From Planctomycetota bacterium (GTDB lineage Bacteria > Planctomycetota > UBA8108 > SXIK01), in assembly GCA_965223845.1 (NCBI GenBank), contig CBDCXR010000004.1, positions 4,960,001 to 5,024,000 on the forward strand: a stretch of 64,000 nt of DNA, in the 5' to 3' direction. The notes below the pieces were generated by a model. It saw only the letters and a list, made by a program, of their open reading frames with translations. It was not told the DNA's origin and ran no database searches. The first letter of the stretch is position 1. Every line of letters starts with the position of its first letter. Below are positions 32,047-41,153 of this stretch, in pieces. Made by a program: the position numbers and the translations under genes.

Positions 32047-35000
32047 ATGATCGACAGCGCCGCACCTCGACCGGACGACGACCGGAGCTCGGAAGAACTA
32101 GACGTCGACCGCGAACTGTCGTCGCCGGAGTCGCACGATCCGTTCGAAGACATCGCCGAACAGTTTCTCGAGCGCCATCGCCGCGGCGAGTGCCCATCGG
32201 TCGAAGAGTACGCCGAGCGCAACCCCGCGCTCGCCGAGCGCATCCGTCGCGTCCTCCCCACTCTGCGCGCCCTCGAGGAACTCGGGCCCGATACTCGGAC
32301 GCCCGACGCCGCCCCTCTCGCTCCCGATCCCGAACTCGAGCAGCTCGGCGAGTACCGAATCCTCGGTGAGATCGGACGCGGAGGCATGGGCGTCGTCTAC
32401 GAAGCCGAGCAGGAGAGCCTCCGCCGGCGTGTCGCGCTCAAGGTGCTTCCCCGGCGCGCACTCGCCGATCCGGTCGATGCGGATCGCTTCCGTCTCGAGG
32501 CCCGCGCGGCCGCTCGCCTCCACCACACGAACATCGTTCCGGTGTTCGCCGTGGGCGAAGCGAGCGGCGTCCACTACTACGCGATGCAGTTCATCCACGG
32601 GCAGAGCCTCGCGGAAGTTTTGATCGAACTCCGCCGACTCGGCTCGTCGAGCTCCGGCTCGACCCGCACGGCCGCGACCCGCCTCGCGGAATCTTCGGCG
32701 GCGAGCGTCGCGCTCTCGCTCATTCACGGCTCCGTATCGCGACTGGATCGCGGAGTCTCCGACACGAGCGAAGACACCCCTTCCGCCCGGCGCGGCTCCG
32801 TCGACACATCGAGCGCTCAGCTCCGCGAGCTCATGGCGTCGGAATCGGAGAGCGGCCCCCGCGCGACCTACCACCGGCGCGCCGCCGGCGTTGCGCTTCA
32901 AGTTGCCGAAGCGCTGGCGTACGCACACGCCGAGGGAATCCTCCACCGCGACATCAAGCCGGCGAACATTCTTCTCGATACGCGCGGGAACGCGTGGATC
33001 ACCGACTTCGGTCTCGCGAAGGACGAAGACGCGGGCGACCTCACGGCGTCGGGAAACGTCGTCGGAACTCTGCGCTACATGGCGCCGGAGCGCCTGAACG
33101 GCGAAGCCGACGTGCGGAGCGACGTCTACAGCCTCGGCATGACCCTCTACGAGCTCGTGACGCTCAAGCCGGCGTTCGAGTCCGCCGACCGCGCGCAGAT
33201 CGTTCGCGACATCGCGGAACGAGATCCGATCCGCCCGCGACGGGCCGACTCATCGATTCCGCAGGATCTCGAGACGATCGTTCTCAAGGCGATCGCGAAG
33301 AAGTCGTCCGAACGATACGCAACCGCAGATCGACTCGCCGACGATCTCCGGCGCTTCCTCAACTACGAACCGGTTGCCGCGCGCCGGGCGACGCTGCGCG
33401 TTCGGCTCTGGCGCTGGTGTCAGCGGAACCCGACGGTCGCAACGCTCGCTACAACTTCGGCGCTGCTCCTCGCTGCGCTCGTCATCGGCGCCGTGGCGGC
33501 CAGCTTTCGCCTCAAAGCGGAGCGTGACACCGCGATCGATCGATTGGTCGCCGCCAAGATCGCCGAAGCGCGCGCGTGGCGAAACAGCGATTCGCCCCAC
33601 CGCCGGCGGCGAGCGCTCGAAGCCGTGCGCGAGGTCGTCGCCGTCAGGCGTTCGGCCGAAGTTCGCAACGAAGCGATCGGTGCGCTCGCGATCGTCGACC
33701 TCGATCGCGGCGAGGAGAGCGCGGTCGACGGAACGTGCCGGTTCGATCCCACATCTTCGCTCGGCGTCCGCGCGATGGGCGACGGGAGCGTTCTCGTCTT
33801 CCGCGGCCTCGATCCGACGCCGATCGCAATCCTTCGGGGAGGGAAGGGCTCGGTCGACGACGTGCGCGTCAGTCGCTCCGAACGATGGCTCGCCGTCGTC
33901 GCGTACGATCGGGAAGTCGCGACGGTTTGGGACCTAGAGAGCGAGAGCCCCGTACTCGAGCTCCCCTGTCGCAAATACACCGCGCCGATCGCGTTCCATC
34001 CGTCCGACGACGCCATCTTCGTTCAGACGCCGGACCGCGAGTTGGTCGGGCTCGCGCTTCCCGAGGGAGCCGAGCTCCGGCGCTCGTCGTTTCTTTCGCG
34101 GTTCGACTATGCGCGCATCGATCCTAGCGGTCGGTTCATCGCGCTGTCCGCCGGCAGCTCGAACGCGGTCGACGTTCTCATCGTGAACCTCGATACGGGC
34201 GAGCCGACCGCGTCGCTTTACCATCCCGCGCAGACGAATCAGGTCGCTTGGCATCCGGACGGCGAGACGCTCGCGGTGGCGTGCCACGACTACAACGTGC
34301 ACGTGTGGCGCCCGTTCGAGCAGCGCCGCATCGGAGTCCTTCGCGGACACTCCGCTGAGGTGCTCCGCGTCGCCTACAGCGGAGGGGGCGGATTCCTCGC
34401 GTCTTCGGGGTGGGACGGCCGCACCGTCCTTTGGGACACGCTGAGCGCGAGCGCGCTCTCCGTCACGCTCGGGACATTCAGCGCATTCGGCGCGGACGAT
34501 CGCGAGATTCTCTACGTCCGCCGAGATGCGCTCGGCAGCTGGCGCGTGCAGAACGCGGGTGTCTACCGGCGACTCGCGGTCGATTTCCTCGGAGGAAAGG
34601 GGCCGTTCGATATCGCCTTTTCGCCGGACGGGCGCTGGATCGCGGCGGCGGCCGAGTTGGGCGGAGCGGCGATCTGGAGCGTCGAGGATCCCTCGATTCG
34701 CGCTTCGATTCAGCCGGGTCGGGTCCGAAGCATCGAGTTTCATCCCACTCGCCCCGAGCTCTGGACGGCGGGCGATCGCGGCCTTCTCCGCTGGAAGATT
34801 CGTCCCGGAGTCGACGACGGTCGCTGGACGTTCGGTCCCGCGGAGTCCGCCGGACTTCGAGTGACGAAATTTGCGCTGCATCGGGGCGGGACCCTTCTCG
34901 GAGCGATCCACGACTCCGGTGCCCGCGGAACGGAAGCGGGGATCTACGAGCTCCGCGGTGAGAAGCTCCGAGAACGCTTCCGCGTTCGCCACGCGCGAGT

Positions 35001-36399
35001 GAACTATCTCGCATTCGATAACGCGGGGGAACGATTCGCGACGTCGACGTGGCAGGGGGAAGACGTTTACGTGTGGGATGCGAACGAAGGCCGCCGCCTC
35101 AAGACCCTCCCCGCGGGTTCAACGCGAGTTGCGTGGGGCGCAGACGATCGCTGGCTCGTCATCGGCGTCGACCGCACCCTTCTCGTCTACGACACGCAAT
35201 CCTGGAGCGTCGTTCATCGCGTGGAGCGCCAGCGGCGTAGCGGTCCGGTCGCGTTCAGCGCTGACGGCGAGACGCTCGTCACGTTCGGAGGCGAGAATCG
35301 CCTGGAGCTGCACTCCGTCGGGGACTGGAGCTCGTTCGCCCGGCTCGAGGCGCCCGGCGGGATCCTCGACCTCACGGACGTTCGTTTCTCCCTCGACGGG
35401 CGATTCATCGCCGCCGCTTCTCCGTCGAACGCGATCGATATCTGGGATCTCACACGCCTTCGTGAGGAGCTCGCGCCGCTCGGGGTCGATTGGGACGGCG
35501 AGCGTCTTCCATCGACGACCGACCGAGCGCCGCCGCGATCGATCGCAGTCGAATACGTCGAAGCCCCTCGCCGCTCGATCGCTTCGCCGAGCGAGCGGCA
35601 CGCCCGCCTCGCGGATCTCTTCACTCGCATCCTCTCGCTACGAAACGATGTCGACGTCGTGGGAAAGCGCGCGGCAATCGCCTGGCAGCTCGGCCGCAAC
35701 GACTCGGCGCTGCTCGACTGGACGCGAGCGATCGACCGCCGTCCGAGCGACCTCACACTCGTTCTCCAGCTCGGAAAGTTCTTTCTCGACGTGGGTCACG
35801 CGCGCGAGGCCGCGGAGTACATGGATCAGGCGCTCGCGCTCGCCGAATCCGGACGCGGCACGGCGGATCTATCGCGCGAAGCCGAGAGGGGAGTGTTCGG
35901 CACGATTCACTGGCTGAGGGCTCGCGCCCGACGCTTGCTCGAGGATCGAGCGGGCGCGCGACGCGACTGCGAACGCGTCATCGAATTCGTTCCGGGCCAT
36001 CCCGAAGCGATCTTACTCGCCGCGTGGCTCTGGGCGCTCGAGCCGGCGGCGGGCGACTCGGAGCGCCTCGCGCGCACTCGGGCCAAGACGGGAACGCGGT
36101 TTCATGGACGGATGCACCAAGCGGCTCTCGCGACATCGGCAGTCGCCGTGCTCACCGGCAGCCCCGATGATGCGATCGGCTGGCTCGAACGGGTAACGGA
36201 TCGAGGTGAGGACGGCGCGGCGAAGTCCTACATCCTCGCGATCGCGTACGCGAAAAAAGGCGACCTCGCCGCGGCGGACGAACACGGCCGAGAGGCGAGA
36301 CGCCGAGCGGAGAAGCTCAAATCGCTCGCAGAATGGAAACAGAGCGAGCTCGCGCTCCTCCGCGGGATCGCGGAGCGCGAGCTCGCAGCGGCGCGGTGA
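32047..36399 (+). CDS. Ser/Thr protein kinase with WD40 propellers and C-terminal TPRs
   Basis: [24 protein letters not shown] and [10 protein letters not shown] hydrophobic helix is followed by WD40 repeats (VAWHPDG, GHSAEV, AFSPDG) and TPR-like helices. Starts 14 nt after the ECF gene. Confidence 0.92.
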   Translation: MIDSAAPRPDDDRSSEELDVDRELSSPESHDPFEDIAEQFLERHRRGECPSVEEYAERNPALAERIRRVLPTLRALEELGPDTRTPDAAPLAPDPELEQLGEYRILGEIGRGGMGVVYEAEQESLRRRVALKVLPRRALADPVDADRFRLEARAAARLHHTNIVPVFAVGEASGVHYYAMQFIHGQSLAEVLIELRRLGSSSSGSTRTAATRLAESSAASVALSLIHGSVSRLDRGVSDTSEDTPSARRGSVDTSSAQLRELMASESESGPRATYHRRAAGVALQVAEALAYAHAEGILHRDIKPANILLDTRGNAWITDFGLAKDEDAGDLTASGNVVGTLRYMAPERLNGEADVRSDVYSLGMTLYELVTLKPAFESADRAQIVRDIAERDPIRPRRADSSIPQDLETIVLKAIAKKSSERYATADRLADDLRRFLNYEPVAARRATLRVRLWRWCQRNPTVATLATTSALLLAALVIGAVAASFRLKAERDTAIDRLVAAKIAEARAWRNSDSPHRRRRALEAVREVVAVRRSAEVRNEAIGALAIVDLDRGEESAVDGTCRFDPTSSLGVRAMGDGSVLVFRGLDPTPIAILRGGKGSVDDVRVSRSERWLAVVAYDREVATVWDLESESPVLELPCRKYTAPIAFHPSDDAIFVQTPDRELVGLALPEGAELRRSSFLSRFDYARIDPSGRFIALSAGSSNAVDVLIVNLDTGEPTASLYHPAQTNQVAWHPDGETLAVACHDYNVHVWRPFEQRRIGVLRGHSAEVLRVAYSGGGGFLASSGWDGRTVLWDTLSASALSVTLGTFSAFGADDREILYVRRDALGSWRVQNAGVYRRLAVDFLGGKGPFDIAFSPDGRWIAAAAELGGAAIWSVEDPSIRASIQPGRVRSIEFHPTRPELWTAGDRGLLRWKIRPGVDDGRWTFGPAESAGLRVTKFALHRGGTLLGAIHDSGARGTEAGIYELRGEKLRERFRVRHARVNYLAFDNAGERFATSTWQGEDVYVWDANEGRRLKTLPAGSTRVAWGADDRWLVIGVDRTLLVYDTQSWSVVHRVERQRRSGPVAFSADGETLVTFGGENRLELHSVGDWSSFARLEAPGGILDLTDVRFSLDGRFIAAASPSNAIDIWDLTRLREELAPLGVDWDGERLPSTTDRAPPRSIAVEYVEAPRRSIASPSERHARLADLFTRILSLRNDVDVVGKRAAIAWQLGRNDSALLDWTRAIDRRPSDLTLVLQLGKFFLDVGHAREAAEYMDQALALAESGRGTADLSREAERGVFGTIHWLRARARRLLEDRAGARRDCERVIEFVPGHPEAILLAAWLWALEPAAGDSERLARTRAKTGTRFHGRMHQAALATSAVAVLTGSPDDAIGWLERVTDRGEDGAAKSYILAIAYAKKGDLAAADEHGREARRRAEKLKSLAEWKQSELALLRGIAERELAAAR

Positions 36400-36402
36400 C
36401 GA

Positions 36403-38595
36403 TCACTCCGCCGCGCATGCCGCCGGTGAGGAAGCACAATCCACGCCGTCGTCCGTCGGATCGATTCCGCACTGATTCATTCCGGGTGCCGGAACCGTGC
36501 CGAAGCCCGAAAAGAGGACGTTCAGGGTCAAGATCGGATCCGAGATGTCGACGCGTCCGTCGTCGTTCGTATCACACGCGTCTCTGCAGCCCGGCTCCCC
36601 GCCGATCGAGAACAGCATTCCGAGGACCGAGAGGACGTCGGAGATATCGACGGAGCGGTCGCTGTTGCAATCTCCGCGCGTGAAGAGAGGGTCGGTCGAC
36701 TTCGATTCGCTTTCGTGTCTCCCGACTCTGGCGGCATCGTGCGCGGCGCGGACGAGCGACCGCGCGAGCCCTCCGTCGATCGTACCGATTCTCATCTGCC
36801 GCTCGACTTCAAGGATGAAAAGACCGACGAGCTCATCGCCGCGTTCTGCGTCTTCGTCTTCGTAGGCGGCGGCTGCCGACAGAATGAAACCGGCCATCGT
36901 CTCTCGTTCGGCGACGCTCACGTCGACGAGCAGACGAACTTCGCTCGCTAGATTGCGAGCGAGCAGCCCGATCCGAAACGGGGCCGTCTTCGCGATCCAT
37001 CCCTCCCATGTTCCGGGTGCGGTCGTTCGATCGGGATCCGGGCGAACGGCGTCGTCGGTCGTCGGGAAGTTCGACGACCAGGTAAATCCGCCGAGCCACG
37101 CCGTGTCGCCCTCTGGGTTCACCGCGATGGAGAAACCGGCATCGCGCGGACCGGCGATGAGAAGGCCTCCCTCACCACCCCCGAGAAAGCTCGAGTGGAG
37201 GAGCGTGCGGCCGGTCGGTGAGACGACGGCGACGAACGCGTCGCTGTCGTCACCTTCGAGAGTCTCCTGAAAAGGTGCCTCGGTGATGAAATCCTTCGAT
37301 CTTGTCCAGCCCGTCACCCACACTCGGTCCAGTCGATCGACCGCGATGGCGCGCGCTTCATCGTGCTGGTTTCCTCCGAGATACGTCGCCCAATCGAATT
37401 CGTCGGAGCTCGGATTCCATCGTCCGACCCACGCGGCGCTGAAGGAACTCTGTTCCTCCCCGTGGCATTCGCACCGAGGCTGAGCCGCATCCGACGACAC
37501 GGGAAAGTCGCTCGATTGAGTCGCCCCCGCCACGTAGAGCGAGTTCGACCGCCCGAACTCGACGGCGAGGATCTCATCGGCGTACGAACCGCCGATAACG
37601 TCGACGTCGATGATGCTTTTCAGACCCGGAGCCGAGAGGTCGATCTCCATGATCCACGCGTCCCGTCCCCCTTTCGGCGGGAGATTCCCTCCCGGCGCGG
37701 GAAACCCGTCGGAGTGGATCACCGAAGTCCCGCCGATCCAAAGGCGATCGTTCCGGTCGACGGCGACGTCGTGCGCCCGGTCGTCCGCGCTTCCGCCGAG
37801 ATAGCCCGACGAGATCAAGTGGCGCCCGTCGGGTGAGATCATCGCGACGAAAGCGTCGTGGATTCCCCCGTTGTACGTAAAGTCGGGACCGAACTCCGTA
37901 AGCTGAAAATCGCCCGACGTGTATCCGACGACGATGATCCGATCGCGCGAGTCGACCGCGACCGCCTTCGGCTCGTCGTCCTCGCAGCCGCCGAGGTACG
38001 TCGCGAACTCGAGACTGCCGCCGTCCCTTGCGAGCTTTGCGACGAATGCGTCGACGTTGCCCTCATCGTCAGGACAGTCGCCGCCTCCGTGCTCCGCGGG
38101 AAACGAGCTCGTCGCGGGAAAGTCGCGCGAGTTCGTCGTCCCGAGCACGATCAGGTCGCCGCTCCTCGAGAACGCGAGATCGACCGCGGCGTCGTCTCCC
38201 GACCCACCGAGGTAGCTCACCCACTCGACCCGGCGACCCGTCGAGTCGAGCTTCATGACAAATGCATCGGTCGCCGGCTCCCCACTCGCGGTTCCGCACG
38301 TGCCGTCGAGCCCGCAGCCGCGGTCGTACTCGTAGCCTTGAACCGGGAGGTCGGGAGAGCTGGTCAGTCCGGCGAGATAGACCGCGCCTTCCGAGTCGAC
38401 GAGGACGGCTTCTACCGTATCGCCACCGGTACCGCCGATGTGAGTTGCGTATTCGAGGTCGACGTTCGCGTCGAGCGACGAGTGAGACGTCCCCGCCGCG
38501 GTGACGAGCGCCGCGACGAGAATCCAGTGAGCACGGCGAGAACGCGGCAGAGGACGACTTCGGGTGAAACGCAGCTCGAATCTGAGGCGACGCAT
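36403..38595 (-). CDS. Secreted SBBP beta-propeller repeat protein with helical (FIMAH-like) segment and C-terminal dockerin-like domain
   Basis: Repeats of ATYLGG..DD...VAVD...V.G.T.S.DFP and DAFV. C-terminal FTRGDCNSDRSVDISD...CDTNDDGRVDISD. Confidence 0.88.
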   Translation of the reverse strand: MRRLRFELRFTRSRPLPRSRRAHWILVAALVTAAGTSHSSLDANVDLEYATHIGGTGGDTVEAVLVDSEGAVYLAGLTSSPDLPVQGYEYDRGCGLDGTCGTASGEPATDAFVMKLDSTGRRVEWVSYLGGSGDDAAVDLAFSRSGDLIVLGTTNSRDFPATSSFPAEHGGGDCPDDEGNVDAFVAKLARDGGSLEFATYLGGCEDDEPKAVAVDSRDRIIVVGYTSGDFQLTEFGPDFTYNGGIHDAFVAMISPDGRHLISSGYLGGSADDRAHDVAVDRNDRLWIGGTSVIHSDGFPAPGGNLPPKGGRDAWIMEIDLSAPGLKSIIDVDVIGGSYADEILAVEFGRSNSLYVAGATQSSDFPVSSDAAQPRCECHGEEQSSFSAAWVGRWNPSSDEFDWATYLGGNQHDEARAIAVDRLDRVWVTGWTRSKDFITEAPFQETLEGDDSDAFVAVVSPTGRTLLHSSFLGGGEGGLLIAGPRDAGFSIAVNPEGDTAWLGGFTWSSNFPTTDDAVRPDPDRTTAPGTWEGWIAKTAPFRIGLLARNLASEVRLLVDVSVAERETMAGFILSAAAAYEDEDAERGDELVGLFILEVERQMRIGTIDGGLARSLVRAAHDAARVGRHESESKSTDPLFTRGDCNSDRSVDISDVLSVLGMLFSIGGEPGCRDACDTNDDGRVDISDPILTLNVLFSGFGTVPAPGMNQCGIDPTDDGVDCASSPAACAAE

Positions 38596-38683
38596 GGGAA
38601 GACTCCTGACTCAACGGCCGAACCGAACGGGCCGGCTCACGCCGACCTCAGGAGCCCAACTGCGATCCGCGAAGTCGCGAGAC

Positions 38684-38728
38684 AAAAAAGTCGAAAAAGC
38701 TCGACGGGCCCGCCGGCGCCCCCCGTCG
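38684..38728 (-). terminator. Probable intrinsic terminator after the sodium:solute symporter gene
   Basis: On the minus strand, a CGACGGG...CCCGTCG stem is followed by AGC-TTTTT-CGAC-TTTTTT, about 30 nt after the stop codon. Confidence 0.6.
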
Positions 38729-38758
38729 CCTGGGACGAACCCCGACGCTCGACGGTCC

Positions 38759-40258
38759 TCAGATCTTCATCGCGCGCTCGACGCGCTCACTGAGGCGCTG
38801 CGGAGGCGTCGCGAGCGAGACGACGATGAAGACGAGAATCGACACCATCAGCGATACGGCGCCGGCGCTCACGCCGCGGGGAAGAGTGTAGAGCGGATCA
38901 TCCTGCGGATACCGGCGAAGCAGTTCTAGACTCAGGTGGACGGCAACACCGCAAGCCATCGCCGCCGACGCGCCCTGCCACGTCGCGCGCTGCCAATTGA
39001 AGCCGATCGCGACCGTCGGCACGAGCGCGGCCGCGAACATGCCCCAGCTGAAGATGCCGAGGATCGCGACTAGGTCCTCCGCCCAGAGCGCCACTCCCGC
39101 CGCGGCGATGGCGACAACGGCGGTCGCCACACGCGCCGCCGCGAGCTCGTTTCGCATCGGGCGCCCGATGAGTGCCTGCGGAATGTCGCGCACGAAGACG
39201 GCGGCGCCGAGGTTGAGAAACGCATCCGCCGTCGACATGATCGCGGCGAAGAGCCCGGCGAAGACGATTCCCGCGAGCCAAGCCGGAGTGTACTCGAGTA
39301 GGAACATCGGCGCAGCGTGATCCGGGTCGGCGAGCGCCGGGCGCGCGTCGGTGAGGACGAGGTACTTCATCGTGAAGCCGACGCTGATCCAGAGAAGCAT
39401 ACAGATCGAGTATGCGAGCGCCGTGACGATGAGCCCACCGCGCAGATCGCCGACTCGGCGAAGCATGATGCTCTTCGTTATCACGTGCGGCTGGCCGGAT
39501 CCGCCCACTGCGAATACGAAGAGCCAACTGAGGCAGAGCATCGGTCCAGCCATTCCCCACGGCCCGACGGCTTCCGGCGTGTCGGACGCGAGAAAGGCGT
39601 CGGTGATCCGCCGGGGCGCCTCGAAAACCGAGCCGTCGCCCGCGACGTCGAGCGCTAGGTAGAAAATCGCGAGAGACGCGAAAACCATGAGCGCGCCCTG
39701 GAAGAGATCCGTGTAGAGCCCCGCGATGATCCCTCCCGCAACAGAGTAGACGAGGACAACGCCCGTTCCCGCGAGAATCGCGGTCACGTGATCGATCGCG
39801 AAAAAGCTCTGCGCGATCATTCCGAACGCGAGGATCTGCACGCCGAGGTAGCCGGCGACTCCGAGGAGAACGACGAGCGCGCCGAGAAAACGGCAAGTCC
39901 GACTCTCGTAGCGCGCGGCGATCGCGTCCGGAAGCGTGAGGACGTCGAAGAGCTGAGAGAAAATGCGGAGCCGCTTCGAGACGAGGATCCAAGAAAAGAC
40001 GAACGCGAACGTGGCGGGGACGCAGATCCAGAAGGACGAAGCCCCGAGCGAGTAGACGAGTCCCGGGCCGCCGATGAACCCGAAGCCGCTCATGAGCGTG
40101 GAGAAGTTCGCGATCCCGAAGATCCAGATCCCGATGCCCTTTCCGGCGACGAAGAAGTCGGCGGCGCTTTTCGTGCGGCGCGACGCCCAGACGCCGATCG
40201 CGATGCAGGCGACCATATACACGCCGACGACCGAGAGAATCACCGCGCGATCGGTCAT
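38759..40258 (-). CDS. Sodium:solute symporter (SSS family)
   Basis: DFFVAGK, STLMSGFGFIGGPG, YTDLFQG, GQPHVI and AAIMSTAD; about 13 TM segments. ATG 40258 overlaps the upstream stop (ATGA). Confidence 0.92.
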   Translation of the reverse strand: MTDRAVILSVVGVYMVACIAIGVWASRRTKSAADFFVAGKGIGIWIFGIANFSTLMSGFGFIGGPGLVYSLGASSFWICVPATFAFVFSWILVSKRLRIFSQLFDVLTLPDAIAARYESRTCRFLGALVVLLGVAGYLGVQILAFGMIAQSFFAIDHVTAILAGTGVVLVYSVAGGIIAGLYTDLFQGALMVFASLAIFYLALDVAGDGSVFEAPRRITDAFLASDTPEAVGPWGMAGPMLCLSWLFVFAVGGSGQPHVITKSIMLRRVGDLRGGLIVTALAYSICMLLWISVGFTMKYLVLTDARPALADPDHAAPMFLLEYTPAWLAGIVFAGLFAAIMSTADAFLNLGAAVFVRDIPQALIGRPMRNELAAARVATAVVAIAAAGVALWAEDLVAILGIFSWGMFAAALVPTVAIGFNWQRATWQGASAAMACGVAVHLSLELLRRYPQDDPLYTLPRGVSAGAVSLMVSILVFIVVSLATPPQRLSERVERAMKI

Positions 40259-40755
40259 CGCTCGTCCGCTCCGGACGACGGCGAACCCGCACTCGGTGAC
40301 TGATCGACGGGCAGCTCCTCGATCGCCGCGAGCTCGCGCTCCTCTTTCGGCCCGAACACGCAACGCTCAAAAAGGACGAGGTACCCGACGACCATCCCGA
40401 AGCCGAGTCCGACGAGACCGAAGAGAAGAAGCGCGGTCGCGGGAAGGAGCCCGGCGATTCGCGGCTCTCTCCGGTCGCCGAGGAGAACCGCTCCGACGAT
40501 GATCGCCCCGAAAAGGACCGTTCCAACGGCGATGAGTCGGCGGAGCGGCCGGCGACGCCCGCCGCGAGCGCCGGCGAGCATCGCGACGCCGATCGCAGCG
40601 GCGACGACGAGCCCCAAGAGAAGGGGCGGGGACAGTCCGACCATCGCCTCGACCTGATCGCTGAACACGATCGCGGCGATTCCGACGACCATCAACACGG
40701 AGAGAAGCTCCATCCACGAGTTCTCGTTTCGCACTATCGCTCTCCGCTCGACCAT
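40255..40755 (-). CDS. Small four-TM membrane protein, translationally coupled to the symporter
   Basis: Four hydrophobic stretches; GGGGAG upstream; TAGAAT at 40797-40792; ATGA overlap with the symporter. Confidence 0.75.
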   Translation of the reverse strand: MVERRAIVRNENSWMELLSVLMVVGIAAIVFSDQVEAMVGLSPPLLLGLVVAAAIGVAMLAGARGGRRRPLRRLIAVGTVLFGAIIVGAVLLGDRREPRIAGLLPATALLLFGLVGLGFGMVVGYLVLFERCVFGPKEERELAAIEELPVDQSPSAGSPSSGADER

Positions 40756-41153
40756 CTCCCGGGGACCCGCCGCCAGAATTCCGGGACGCGGATTCTACCT
40801 CACCGAGGGCGCGAAAGGTCGAACTCGCTCTCGACGGCTAGAGCTCAGCGTAGCGAAATTGGAGAGCGGCGTTTCCGGTCCGTGAGCGCTCTCGTTCTCC
40901 TCCGCGTTTCCGACGAAGCGCGTAGTAGGTCGATTCGATCCAGATCGGCTCGACGCGGTTGAGGTCCGAGGGGTTCGTCTTCCGGGCGAACGTCGGAGCG
41001 GACACCGACGTCCCGGTCCCGACGAGCGGAGAGATTCGTGTCGATGCTCGCTCGCCTCGCGCGAGGTGACAAACACTCGGGAACGGAAGCGGGAACGAAA
41101 GCGAGGACCGAACCGAGCGACTCCCGCGTAGGAGCAATCGCAGCGGGGCGCCT

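Noticed and set aside
40756-41153. About 400-bp gap with short ORF 40838..41137 and a degenerate 12-bp tandem repeat at 41079-41114
   Set aside because: No convincing RBS or family motif. The repeat has only two to three imperfect copies with no spacers, so it is not a CRISPR array.
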